Shown: piece after piece, positions 31,866 through 41,357 of the stretch | How the letters are laid out: every line of letters starts with the position of its first letter | How positions within the stretch are numbered: the first letter of the stretch is position 1 | Source: Candidatus Levyibacteriota bacterium | GTDB taxonomy: Bacteria > Patescibacteriota > Microgenomatia > Levybacterales > UBA12049 | Direction: 5' to 3' | Assembly: GCA_963716145.1 (NCBI GenBank) | Contig: OY970292.1 | Coordinates: 332,951 to 396,950 of the forward strand | DNA length: 64,000 nt | Notes under the pieces: model-generated | The model's database searches: none | Seen by the model: the letters and a program-made list of their open reading frames with translations, nothing else | What the model was told of the DNA's origin: nothing | Translations under genes and position numbers: made by a program

Positions 31866-32762
31866 ATGAGAATTGATGGTAAGCAAATTGCTGAGGAAAT
31901 TTACGAAGAGCTCAAAACCAGAGTGGGGAAGCTTGCCAAGAAAAATATAGTTCCTCATCTTGTGGTTATCTTGGTGGGAGAGAATCCCGCGTCAATTGCG
32001 TACGTTACCCTCAAGCAGAGAAAAGGAGAGGAGATCGGAGCGAAAATTACCATACTTCGCTACGATGTAAACATTAAAACCGAAGATCTTGCGGAAAAAG
32101 TAAAGCTTTTAAATATAGATCCATTTGTCCACGGAATTCTTATCCAAAGACCATTGCCGCCTCAAATTGACGTAGAAAAACTTGAATTGCTTACAGATCC
32201 TTTTAAAGACGTAGACGGTTTTAATCCTGGTTCATCATTTATTCTTCCACTTCCCCTTGCGGTAATGAGAATACTTATTGAAGTATTCTGGTTGCTGCAA
32301 GCAAGCGAAAACAAAATACCAAATTTTAAAAAATCCTCAGTCCCTCCTGCCCTAGATAATCGTGACGATATGTGGCTCAAATCTAAAAAAATTGTTGTTA
32401 TTGGCAAAGGTCCCACGGGCGGGGGACCGATTATAAAACTATTTAAAAAACTTGGAGTTAATCCATCTGTAATTGATAGTAAAACCCCAAATCCTGAAGA
32501 ATTAATGAAGGAGGCTGACATAATCATCTCTTCAGTCGGCCGCGAAAATGTAATTAAACCACAGGACATTAAAAAAGGAGTAATACTTGTAGGTGTTGGG
32601 ATCTTAAGAGGCGAAGATGGTAAATTAAAAGGTGATTATGATGAAGAAAAAATCAAAGATATCGTAGGATTTTACACACCAACTCCGGGCGGAGTAGGAC
32701 CGGTTAATGTAGCCATGCTGATGGAAAATTTGATAACTGCGACTGAAGAGCAAACCTCTTGA
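31866..32762 (+). CDS. folD: Bifunctional methylene-THF dehydrogenase / methenyl-THF cyclohydrolase FolD. Carries a ~25-aa insertion before the Rossmann GxGxxG region.
   Basis: VILVGENPASIAYV, KDVDGFNPGS and YTPTPGGVGPVNVAMLMEN align to FolD conserved blocks. Confidence 0.75.
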   Translation: MRIDGKQIAEEIYEELKTRVGKLAKKNIVPHLVVILVGENPASIAYVTLKQRKGEEIGAKITILRYDVNIKTEDLAEKVKLLNIDPFVHGILIQRPLPPQIDVEKLELLTDPFKDVDGFNPGSSFILPLPLAVMRILIEVFWLLQASENKIPNFKKSSVPPALDNRDDMWLKSKKIVVIGKGPTGGGPIIKLFKKLGVNPSVIDSKTPNPEELMKEADIIISSVGRENVIKPQDIKKGVILVGVGILRGEDGKLKGDYDEEKIKDIVGFYTPTPGGVGPVNVAMLMENLITATEEQTS

Positions 32763-32866
32763 CTTTATTTCAAATTTTATATAAATTATCAGAAGATTGG
32801 AAAAATTGGGTTTTTCTGGTATAATTTACTAAGGTTTTTGCCAAAAAACTGTACAATTAATCAAAA

Positions 32867-34474
32867 ATGCAAAAAAACAATACATACACCAAAGTCGCAT
32901 CCTACGAAGGGAAAAAGGGCGAAGTCAAAAAAGTGGTACTACTTTACTCAGGCGGTCTTGACACCTCAGTCCTTCTCAAATGGATTCAGGTAGAGTACAA
33001 AGCAGAAGTAATTGCGCTGACTATTGATATAGGTCAAACGGTTGATGACCTTGATGCAATAAAGAAAAAAGCGATTAAACTCGGGGCTATCAAAACTTTT
33101 GTAATTGACGCTAAAGACGAATTTGCAAATGAGTACATCGCAAAAGGCATAAAAGCAAATGCCAATTACCAGCACCGTTATCGTCTGGCAACTCCTTTGG
33201 GCAGACCCTTACTTGCAAAGTGGGCTGTCAAAATCGCGGCTCTCGAAGGCGCTGACGCCATAGCTCATGGGTGCACCGGTAGGGGCAACGACCAAGTCCG
33301 CATAGAGGGATCTGCCCTTGCATTAAATCCTGATATCAAAATAATTGCACCTATTAGGGAATGGAGCATGGGCAGACTCGAAGAGCTGGAGTACGCAAAA
33401 AAACATGGAATACCTGTAACTCATACAAAAGACAAACCATATTCATACGACGAAAACATGTGGGGAATTTCAGGTGAGGGAGGAGAAGTTGAAGACCCAT
33501 CTGTTATTCCACCTCTGGAAAAAATTCTTATTCTTAACAAGATTCCATCAAAGGCACCGGACAAAGAAGAAATTGTAGAATTGGAATTTGTTAAAGGGCT
33601 TCCTGTTGCATTAAATGGCAAGCAAATGAAACTTTCAGAATTGATAATGAATCTTAACAAAATTGGGGCCAAACATGGCGTCGGAACAAATATCCACATA
33701 GAAGACCGCATAATCGGTATGAAGATCCGCGATGTTTTTGAGGCACCGGCTGCCGAAATAATAATAACCGCGCATGAAAAATTGGAGCATTATGTCTGCA
33801 CCGGTATAGAAAACGAATTCAAATCGGGTGTTGATAAAAAATGGGCGCACATGTGTTATGGAGGGCTTTGGTATGATCCTTTGATGAGCGATTTGAACGC
33901 GTTTATTGAAAACGTGAACCAAAAAGTAACCGGAAAAGTAAAAATTCAACTATATAAAGGTGTAGCACAAACCGTAGCGCTTGAAACGCCCAATACTATT
34001 TTTCAGGAGAAACTCGCGACATTTATGGTCTCAGAAGGCCTTAACCAAAATGCATCCGCCGGATTTATCGAGCTTTATACACTTCCGATGAGGCTTGCCC
34101 AACGTGCTGAGAAAACAGTCCTTCTATCAATTGGTAAAAGAGCCAACAAGGTCAAACTTCTACCCGATATCAAAAAACTCTACGCAATGAAGTACAAACT
34201 TTACGCGACATATAAAACCCACAAATTCCTCAAAACCAATAAAATTGAGGCGATTGCTGTCAACAAAATTTCAAGTCCTCTTAAGCCTAATCTCGCGGAT
34301 CTTCTCAATGCCAACCGTTTTGATTTGATAATAAATATCCCGACAGGACTGAAAGCTGCGGAGACTGATGGAAAAATAATCCGTGAAAAAGCAGTCGAAC
34401 ACAATGTGCCCCTAGTCACAAGTGTCAACGTAGCAAAAGATTTTGTGAACAAATTACAAGCGGCAAAAGTGTAG
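32867..34474 (+). CDS. argG: Argininosuccinate synthase fused to a C-terminal MGS-like (CarB allosteric-type) domain
   Basis: Residues 1-~410 are ArgG, with the PP-loop LYSGGLDTS and GCTGRGNDQVRIE. Residues ~415-535 are LLSIGKRANKVKLL...KYKLYATYKTHKFLKTNKIEAIAVNKIS....FDLIINIPTG...DGKIIREKAVEHNVPLVTSVNVAKDFV, the MGS-like fold pattern of CarB C-termini. Confidence 0.8.
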   Translation: MQKNNTYTKVASYEGKKGEVKKVVLLYSGGLDTSVLLKWIQVEYKAEVIALTIDIGQTVDDLDAIKKKAIKLGAIKTFVIDAKDEFANEYIAKGIKANANYQHRYRLATPLGRPLLAKWAVKIAALEGADAIAHGCTGRGNDQVRIEGSALALNPDIKIIAPIREWSMGRLEELEYAKKHGIPVTHTKDKPYSYDENMWGISGEGGEVEDPSVIPPLEKILILNKIPSKAPDKEEIVELEFVKGLPVALNGKQMKLSELIMNLNKIGAKHGVGTNIHIEDRIIGMKIRDVFEAPAAEIIITAHEKLEHYVCTGIENEFKSGVDKKWAHMCYGGLWYDPLMSDLNAFIENVNQKVTGKVKIQLYKGVAQTVALETPNTIFQEKLATFMVSEGLNQNASAGFIELYTLPMRLAQRAEKTVLLSIGKRANKVKLLPDIKKLYAMKYKLYATYKTHKFLKTNKIEAIAVNKISSPLKPNLADLLNANRFDLIINIPTGLKAAETDGKIIREKAVEHNVPLVTSVNVAKDFVNKLQAAKV

Positions 34475-34487
34475 AAGTTTTAGAAAA

Positions 34488-35477
34488 CTAAACTAACCCC
34501 AAAGCTTTTCTCCCGTTAACGGTTGCGACCTTAACAATTTCATCAATATCAAACCACCGGTTCGCTTCCATCAAAAGCCTCAAATCATTCCAAATATTGC
34601 CATCATTCATCGGCTTAAAAATATCGTAAAGATTATCAATGCCAATTGAAACAGGTATCCCGAAATCTGTCATCTCTCCTGCAGGAGTAATCGCGTTATG
34701 AGTTGGGGTGAGGACTTCACTTCTCCAGCCATCTATCCAGGACATGGGGCAGGCAACCATCATCAATTTTGCTTTTTGCATCAATTTGTATACCCGCTCC
34801 CGCTCAGGTCTGGGATAACAATTAATTGAAATGCCGTGAATACCGACAACTTTTCCTTCCATGCCGTGTTCAATGGTTTTCCGAGCAAGCATTTCTGTTT
34901 CATGCTCAGTCGGAATATTCAATTCATCGACATGCATATGCACCATCTTATTTTGAGATTTTGCTTTCTCAAGAATTATGTCCATGTGCTCTGATTCACG
35001 GGGAGTATCTGTCTTAACAGTACTTCCTATGATATCCGCGAAATCTGCGCCGATATCAAACCACTCCCTATTTTCTTTAGTCAAAATTCCGTAAGCCGGG
35101 AGATTGATATATTTGATAATTATTTGAGACTTATACACGTCTCGTGCTTTTTCAGCGGCTTTTATTGCTTTATCTTTTACATCCGGTGTTGCGTCGATAA
35201 AAGAGACAGTTGCGACAACTCCCTGCTCGATCATCAACTCTAGGGAATTGGCGATCCTGTCATAGATCTCTGATGCAGTTGAAGATTTACGGATATCTGC
35301 GTTTGAGCCCCACTTTTGATGTCTTTTCATGTTGACCATTGTGAATTTCTCAGGAGTTATTGTGTACGCTCTATCAAAATGTGCGTGGGCGTTTACCCAG
35401 CCGCCATTCTCTTTAATCTTCTGAAGAATTATCGCTTTGAGGTCCAAATAATCAACTTTATTCGCCATTGATAACAA
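34488..35477 (-). CDS. Amidohydrolase-superfamily metal-dependent hydrolase (cytosine-deaminase-like)
   Basis: HxH metal site VNAHAHFDR. Later His and Asp ligands (MVHMHVDE ... IGIDN) are typical of the TIM-barrel amidohydrolase fold. Confidence 0.55.
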   Translation of the reverse strand: MLSMANKVDYLDLKAIILQKIKENGGWVNAHAHFDRAYTITPEKFTMVNMKRHQKWGSNADIRKSSTASEIYDRIANSLELMIEQGVVATVSFIDATPDVKDKAIKAAEKARDVYKSQIIIKYINLPAYGILTKENREWFDIGADFADIIGSTVKTDTPRESEHMDIILEKAKSQNKMVHMHVDELNIPTEHETEMLARKTIEHGMEGKVVGIHGISINCYPRPERERVYKLMQKAKLMMVACPMSWIDGWRSEVLTPTHNAITPAGEMTDFGIPVSIGIDNLYDIFKPMNDGNIWNDLRLLMEANRWFDIDEIVKVATVNGRKALGLV

Positions 35478-35533
35478 TTATATGACTTTCAAATGTATTT
35501 GACAAATAAGTTGCAACATTGTAAATTCGAATC

Positions 35534-35965
35534 ATGCTCGATTGGAAAATGTTGGCACTAATTGCCCCGCTATTTATAGCAACTTATCAGGCGCTTTCTA
35601 AATTTCTCCCCAAGAATACTTCCATATATTTAATTAGTGCTTATTCTTCCTTTATTGGAATGATATTTATGCTAGGCTTACACTTGCTATTATCGAAAAA
35701 TAAAGGCTTGATTTTAAATCCCAAGACAATCTCTCTTGTTCTGGGCATAGGGTTGTTAATAAGCTTAGCAAACTTTAGTTTCATAAAAGCATTTACGTTG
35801 GGAGCACCGCAATCAATTTTCAGTTTAATTTCGTATGTCGCGCTTATTATTTATGGAATACTTTTCGGAGTACTTTTGTTTCACGAAAAATTGAGTATGC
35901 CGCAAATCTTCGGTGCTATTCTTTCTATTGTAGGAATTTTAATAATTGTCTATTACAAAAAATGA
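35534..35965 (+). CDS. Small 4-TM EamA-like membrane protein
   Basis: Four hydrophobic helices in 143 aa, resembling a single EamA half-domain. Confidence 0.45.
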   Translation: MLDWKMLALIAPLFIATYQALSKFLPKNTSIYLISAYSSFIGMIFMLGLHLLLSKNKGLILNPKTISLVLGIGLLISLANFSFIKAFTLGAPQSIFSLISYVALIIYGILFGVLLFHEKLSMPQIFGAILSIVGILIIVYYKK

Positions 35966-37072
35966 CTTATTGAGGATTTTTGTTAATAGACTGCTTAATT
36001 TCGTACGCCAAGTTGGGTTCCACATCGCGCCCGATGCCGATAAAACTGCATCCGCACCGGCTTTACGGTAATCCCAAAAATCCTGGGGTGTCAGAACTCC
36101 GCCAAAGCTAATAATTTCGTAGTTAAGTTTTTGGGTTTTACGAATTCTATTCAATTGCATTGTCATATCAAGTCCGACATCTTTGATTGCGTGTCCTGAC
36201 AAGCCAGCCTTCAGCCTACCTTCACCTGGTAAAAGTTGTTTTCCGAAATCATCCAAAACAGGAGATGCCAAAGTATTTATGGAGCTAACAACCGATACAT
36301 ATTGATCAATTGACCCAACTATGTCAACCAAAAGTTCGTTTTGCAAATGGGAGAAATACCCAAATTTTGCAATCACCGGCGTTTTGCCCACAGCTTCCTT
36401 GACCAATTTGCAAATTGCAACTACAGCTTCTTTGTTATAGCAAACAACACCCTCAGTAGCTACATTGGGACAAGAAAGATTAATTTCGATAGCTTTGGCA
36501 CCGCTTTTTACGGCAAGCTCTGCTGTATGAGCAAAATCTTTGTAGTAATCCATTTCTGAAAAACCTGGCTGAATAGTACCGACAATGCTGGTAATTAATA
36601 ATCCGCCTTTTGGAACATTCTGATTGGCAATTTTAGCATCCGGGATCCAGTATTCCGGATCTATCGAATTATTACCAAACGAATTTACGATCGTCAGCTG
36701 ATTGTAATCGCTAAATTCTGTTTGAGTACGGCTGGGTAATTCTTCAAAATTGTGGTCTACTGAAATTTTACCCGCCACAACATGTACGACATTACTCATT
36801 TGGTTGGGTGCAAAGTGCACGCTACGCCGGGTCTTGGTGGTAACAATATCATACCCGTTGTCGAACATTGTTTTTATGTATTGACTATCAATACCTGTTG
36901 GGCATGACGCCGATCCAAAAGGAGAATTAACTTTGAAACCAAGAATCTGGTAGTCACCTTGAGGATTGGGCGCGGTTATTGTAGCTTTATAATCTTTATT
37001 TGGTCCGTTTTTGACATTATCGTCATAACTTTTGTGAATATCATAAATTGGAACGTATTTCGCCGTGACCAT
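35939..37072 (-). CDS. pyrD: Dihydroorotate dehydrogenase-family flavoprotein (PyrD-like), with an N-terminal extension
   Basis: AIEINLSCPN is the DHO_dh signature. Its TIM-barrel is FMN-binding. ...GVLTPQDFWDYRKAGADAVLSASGAM is the C-terminal FMN phosphate-binding region. Confidence 0.6.
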   Translation of the reverse strand: MVTAKYVPIYDIHKSYDDNVKNGPNKDYKATITAPNPQGDYQILGFKVNSPFGSASCPTGIDSQYIKTMFDNGYDIVTTKTRRSVHFAPNQMSNVVHVVAGKISVDHNFEELPSRTQTEFSDYNQLTIVNSFGNNSIDPEYWIPDAKIANQNVPKGGLLITSIVGTIQPGFSEMDYYKDFAHTAELAVKSGAKAIEINLSCPNVATEGVVCYNKEAVVAICKLVKEAVGKTPVIAKFGYFSHLQNELLVDIVGSIDQYVSVVSSINTLASPVLDDFGKQLLPGEGRLKAGLSGHAIKDVGLDMTMQLNRIRKTQKLNYEIISFGGVLTPQDFWDYRKAGADAVLSASGAMWNPTWRTKLSSLLTKILNKSFFVIDNY

Positions 37073-37115
37073 ATTGTTATTTTATCAAAAAATGATAATA
37101 TAATAAACAGTAAGC

Positions 37116-37715
37116 ATGAAATATAAAATTGGAATTTTTGGATCTGCATTTAACGAAAACGAAAAAACAATAGAACTCGCCAAAAAGTTGGGAAGCGTAT
37201 TGGGTGATGAGAAGGTAATTATTATAACAGGTGCCTGTGCAGGAATGCCGGATATAATAGCAAATGAAGCCGCAAAAAAAGGAGCAGAAATATGGGGCTT
37301 TGCATCCACCAGAAATGAGGAGGAATTAAAAACTCAATATGCAGAAGGCAATTTCTCAGCATACACTAAAATTTTCTACATTCCACAAAACTTTAGGGAA
37401 CTATTTTTTATTGAAAAAGACGCAGTTTTTGGTGTCCAGAAACCATCGCTTCAGAAATACCGCAACGTAATATCAACTGCCAATTGCGATGGGGCGATAA
37501 TCATATCCGGACGTTGGGGATCGCTTAATGAATTTACAAACCTTTTCGATATGGGTAAAGTCATTGGGGTTCTGACTGGGACAGGGGGGATTGCTGATGA
37601 GTTAGAAAACCTCAGTAAAAAAATTAATAAGCCTAGCGTTGCAAAAGTATTTTTTGACAATGATCCCGAAAAATTGGTAGAGAAAGTACTTGAAGAATTG
37701 GAAAAAAGAAGTTAA
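37116..37715 (+). CDS. LOG-family / TIGR00725-type Rossmann-fold nucleotide-binding protein (putative nucleotide phosphoribohydrolase)
   Basis: IGIFGSA....IITGACAGMPD...AIIISGRWGSLNEF matches the LOG family's GxGxxG-like region and its PGGxGTxxE-like motif. Confidence 0.5.
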   Translation: MKYKIGIFGSAFNENEKTIELAKKLGSVLGDEKVIIITGACAGMPDIIANEAAKKGAEIWGFASTRNEEELKTQYAEGNFSAYTKIFYIPQNFRELFFIEKDAVFGVQKPSLQKYRNVISTANCDGAIIISGRWGSLNEFTNLFDMGKVIGVLTGTGGIADELENLSKKINKPSVAKVFFDNDPEKLVEKVLEELEKRS

Positions 37716-37725
37716 ACTAACAGAC

Positions 37726-38546
37726 ATGGATTTTAATCAAAAATTAGACTCAACAATTCAAAAAAACAACTCTCTCCTTTGCGTCGGACTTGATCCGGAT
37801 TTTGAAAAACTTCCCGAATTTATTAAAAAGAAAGAAAACCCACAATTTGAATTTAATAAAGCTATTATTGACAGCACAAACGATTTAGCCTGCATTTATA
37901 AAAAAAATCCTGCGTTTTATGAAGCAAAAGGGGATGGGGGAGTGAGGGAGCTGAAAATGACCTGTGACTACATCAGGAAAACCTATCCTAATATCCCAGT
38001 TCTTGTTGATGCAAAGAGAGGGGATATAGGAAATTCTAATTACGGGTATGTTCAGTATGCATTTGATTATTTGCAAGCTGATGCGATGACTGTCATGCCA
38101 TATCTGGGAATAGAGTCACTTTCTCCTTATTTTGAAAGGGAGGGAAAGGGAATAGTTGTCGGCTGTCATTCATCAAATCCTGGAGCTGCAGAATTTCAGG
38201 AGTTATTAATTGACGGCAAACCGCTTTATGAAATAGTTGCAGAAGAGCTGATAAAGCAACATGGTGATAATCCCAACTGTATGATATTTATGGGAGCAAC
38301 TTACCCCGAACAGCTTACAAGTATAAGAAAAGTTATCGGCGATATGACTATTTTGGCCCAGGCGTCGGAGCACAGGGCGCAAGTGTGGAGATGTTTGTCA
38401 AATCAGGTATGAATTCCAAAAATGCAGGACTAATAATTAATGCGTCCAGAAGTGTTATATTCGCATCAACTGGTGAAGATTTTGCCGAGAAAGCACGGGA
38501 AGAAGCAACAAAACTTAGAGACGAAATCAATAAATATCGTGTATAA
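37726..38546 (+). CDS. pyrF: Orotidine-5'-phosphate decarboxylase, type 2. The reading frame is interrupted by a 1-nt deletion in a C-run near 38357-38359.
   Basis: MDFNQKLDSTIQKNNSLLCVGLDPD is the type-2 PyrF N-terminus. The ORF ends ILAQASEHRAQVWRC*. The alternate frame reads ...PGVGAQGASVEMFVKSGMNSKNAGLIINASRSVIFASTGEDFAEKAREEATKLRDEINKYRV*, the expected C-terminus. Confidence 0.75.
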
Positions 38547-38553
38547 TAATATT

Positions 38554-39213
38554 ATGAATGACGAAGTCGTAGATTTATTAAAAAAATCAAACGGGATCTT
38601 TACGGGACACTTTATATATACTTCGGGCAAACACGCTTCCCGGTATTTAAATAAAATGTCAATCTTCTTACATCCAATTTATGCATCGCAAATGGGTAAA
38701 TTATTCGCAGATAAGTATAAGGATGCAGAGATTGATATTGTTGTTGCTCCGGCAATGGGCGGAATAATTCTCGGGCAATGGACTGCTTATCATTTATCAA
38801 AACTTAAAAATAGAGATATATTAAGTACCTACACTGAAAAAGATAAGGGAAGTTTTTCGTCAGCCGCCGAAAGCAATCATATATTCACCAAGGGGAATGA
38901 AAAATATGTAACGGGAAAAAATGTTCTGATCGTTGAGGATATTGTCACTACCGGAATTTCAATCAAAAAAGTCGTAAAAGCCGTAAAAGATGCAGGTGGT
39001 AAGATAGTTGAAGCATGCTCGATGGCAAACATTAATCCCGATCCTGCGTCCATAAACGATGAACTTGTCGGAGCGAAATTCTCAAGCCTTGCCGAGCTTC
39101 CGGTTGTTCTGTACGACGATGGCAACTGTGAGCTTTGCGACAAGAATGTTCCAATTAATACCAACCTCGGCCACGGCAAAAAATACCTTGAAGAAAAAGC
39201 AAAGAAAATATGA
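38554..39213 (+). CDS. pyrE: Orotate phosphoribosyltransferase-like type I PRTase (PyrE)
   Basis: PRPP-binding motif VLIVEDIVTTGISI. N-terminal GHFIYTSGKHASRY. Start set at MNDEVV, after the pyrF stop. Confidence 0.65.
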   Translation: MNDEVVDLLKKSNGIFTGHFIYTSGKHASRYLNKMSIFLHPIYASQMGKLFADKYKDAEIDIVVAPAMGGIILGQWTAYHLSKLKNRDILSTYTEKDKGSFSSAAESNHIFTKGNEKYVTGKNVLIVEDIVTTGISIKKVVKAVKDAGGKIVEACSMANINPDPASINDELVGAKFSSLAELPVVLYDDGNCELCDKNVPINTNLGHGKKYLEEKAKKI

Positions 39214-39225
39214 TAAAATAGTTTA

Positions 39226-40011
39226 ATGTTGAAAAGTAATACCCCTAAAACCTCTTCTGAAATTATTCAAGTTTCCAATTTAGTTAAAAAATTCGGAGAC
39301 TTCACCGCAGTTAATAATATTTCTTTTTCTGTTAAGCAGGGAGAGATTTTTGGAATCCTCAGACCCAACGGGGCAGGGAAGACCACAACACTTGAGATCA
39401 TGGAAACTCTTCAGAAACAAACCGACGGGATAGTATTGATTGATGGAATTGATACATTACAGCACCCCTGGGAAGTAAAAAGCAGAATTGGAATACAACT
39501 TCAGGCATCCAACTTTTATCCTGAGCTGAATCTCGTTGAGCTTCTTAAAATGTTTGCGGCCATGTATGATGTAGAGGTTGATCCGATGGCCATGCTCAAG
39601 AAGGTTCAGCTGGAAGACAAAGCAAAAAGCTTTGCCAGTAAATTATCAGGCGGGCAGAAGCAGAGATTTTCAATCGCCGCGACTCTTGTAAATAAACCAA
39701 GAATTATTTTCCTTGATGAACCCACAACCGGACTTGATCCCCAGGCCCGCCTGAATCTTTGGGATATGCTTGAGGAAATCAAAAAAGAAGGAATCACTTT
39801 TGTTATCACAACCCACTATATGGAAGAAGCAGAAAAGTTGTGTGATAGAATTGCAATTATGGATGGTGGAAAGATCCTAAAAATTGCGACTCCTCGTAAA
39901 TTTATCCAAGATTTACTCTCAACCGGATTTAAAAAAGAAATCATCCGTCAGGACGCAACGCTTGAAGATGTATTCCTGAATCTAACAGGAAAGAAATTAA
40001 GAGACGAATAA
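39226..40011 (+). CDS. ABC transporter ATP-binding protein (ABC-2 type)
   Basis: Walker A GILRPNGAGKTT. Signature LSGGQKQRFSIA. Walker B IIFLDEPTTGLD. Confidence 0.85.
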   Translation: MLKSNTPKTSSEIIQVSNLVKKFGDFTAVNNISFSVKQGEIFGILRPNGAGKTTTLEIMETLQKQTDGIVLIDGIDTLQHPWEVKSRIGIQLQASNFYPELNLVELLKMFAAMYDVEVDPMAMLKKVQLEDKAKSFASKLSGGQKQRFSIAATLVNKPRIIFLDEPTTGLDPQARLNLWDMLEEIKKEGITFVITTHYMEEAEKLCDRIAIMDGGKILKIATPRKFIQDLLSTGFKKEIIRQDATLEDVFLNLTGKKLRDE

Positions 40012-40042
40012 CGCAGAATTTTCAATCAAATTACAATTACGC

Positions 40043-40096
40043 AATTTTCAAACATTGAATCATTGAAAATTCAATGAAAATTGAGAACTGAAAATT
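40043..40096. repeat. Cluster of TGAAAATT motifs (one inverted copy, three direct copies) between the ABC ATPase and permease genes
   Basis: gcaattttca...cattgaaaattcaatgaaaattgagaactgaaaattaaaa. Confidence 0.4.
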
Positions 40097-40108
40097 AAAA
40101 ATTATATT

Positions 40109-41208
40109 ATGAAAAAATATAAGAAGCCCGGGCAATGGAAAGCATATCTTGCAATTACCTGGTATGCCTTCAGGGCGCAAACCAGAAATCCAGCAACATT
40201 TGCGTTTGGATTTATCTTCCCAGTTGTATTCATAAGTATTTTTGGATTAATTGGCGGCAGCGGACAAACGCTCAATGTCGGAATTCCAAAAAGTACACCT
40301 GAAAATCAATTGCTAAAAACAATTGAAAAACAAAAATTCTTAAAAATAGAAAAATCAGATCCGCAATCCCTGGATAAAAAACTTAAGCAAGGAAGACTCT
40401 CCGGAATTGTGGAAATTGATGAGATCCAAAATACTGAAGGCACAAAATATACGGTAAATATACTTACATCAACCGCCAATGCAATTGAAGCACAATCTCT
40501 AACTTCAGCAATCCGCGGCATAGTTGATCAAACCAACTTGCAGTTAGCGGGAGTTAAAAACCCGCCAATTGCTTTGTCTCAAAAAGAAGTATCTGGCCGC
40601 CAATTCCGATACATCGATTTCGCGCTTCCGGGACAAATAGGGTTCTCTCTTCTTTCAACTGCGATTTTCGGGACAGTATTTGGCTTAATCTATTTGAAAA
40701 AAGCATTGATACTCAAACGGATGTTCGCGACACCAACCAAACCACTAACCATTTTACTAGGGCAGGGACCAGCAGACTTGTGATTGCACTTGTACAAACT
40801 CTCCTCATTCTTGCAATCGGGGTAATTGCATTTAAATTCTATCTTCCCCATGGATTCATCACATTTCTAGAGCTTCTTCTTGTTTCAGCAATCGGACTAA
40901 TCGCCTTCCTGGGGTTTGGATATTTCTTTGCAGGACTGGCAAATGACGAGAACTCTGCGGGTCCGATGGTGAACTTAGTTACGCTTCCGCAATTTTTATT
41001 AAGTGGAACATTTTTCCCAACAGACAGTTTGCCTACCTGGCTTCAGCCCATTGCCAACAACCTCCCTCTTTCTTATTTCAATATCGCGGTCCGCAAAATC
41101 ACAACGGAAGGCGGGCATCTACCCGACACAACTCCATATCTAATAGGGCTTATTATCTGGGGAGCTGCCATGTATCTGCTTGCCGCCCGCACTTTCAGGT
41201 GGGAATAA
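40109..41208 (+). CDS. ABC-2 family permease. The reading frame is interrupted by a 1-nt deletion near 40750-40780. ORF-track pieces 40109..40783 and 40780..41208 are one gene.
   Basis: The 224-aa plus 142-aa pieces sum to the usual ~366-aa 6-TM ABC-2 permease. The second piece has no independent start context (GTG inside a hydrophobic run). The frame of piece 2 stays open upstream through ...RAGTSRLVIALVQ. Confidence 0.65.
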
Positions 41209-41210
41209 GT

Positions 41211-41316
41211 AATTTTCAGTTTTCAATTTTTAATTTTCATTGAATTTTTAATAACTTAATTTTTAAATATTTAAAATTTTGATTTCATTTCAAATTGAAA
41301 ATTTCGAATTGAAAAT
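41211..41316. repeat. Second cluster of AATTTTCA / TTGAAAATT motifs in inverted arrangement, downstream of the permease gene and upstream of the SIMPL gene
   Basis: aattttcagttttcaatttttaattttcattgaattttt ... caaattgaaaatttcgaattgaaaattaaag. A TTGACA -35 box follows at 41322-41327, with TAAGAT 18 bp downstream and the ATG at 41358. Confidence 0.4.
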
Positions 41317-41357
41317 TAAAGTTGACAAACAATAGTCAATATCTCTAAGATATAGTT

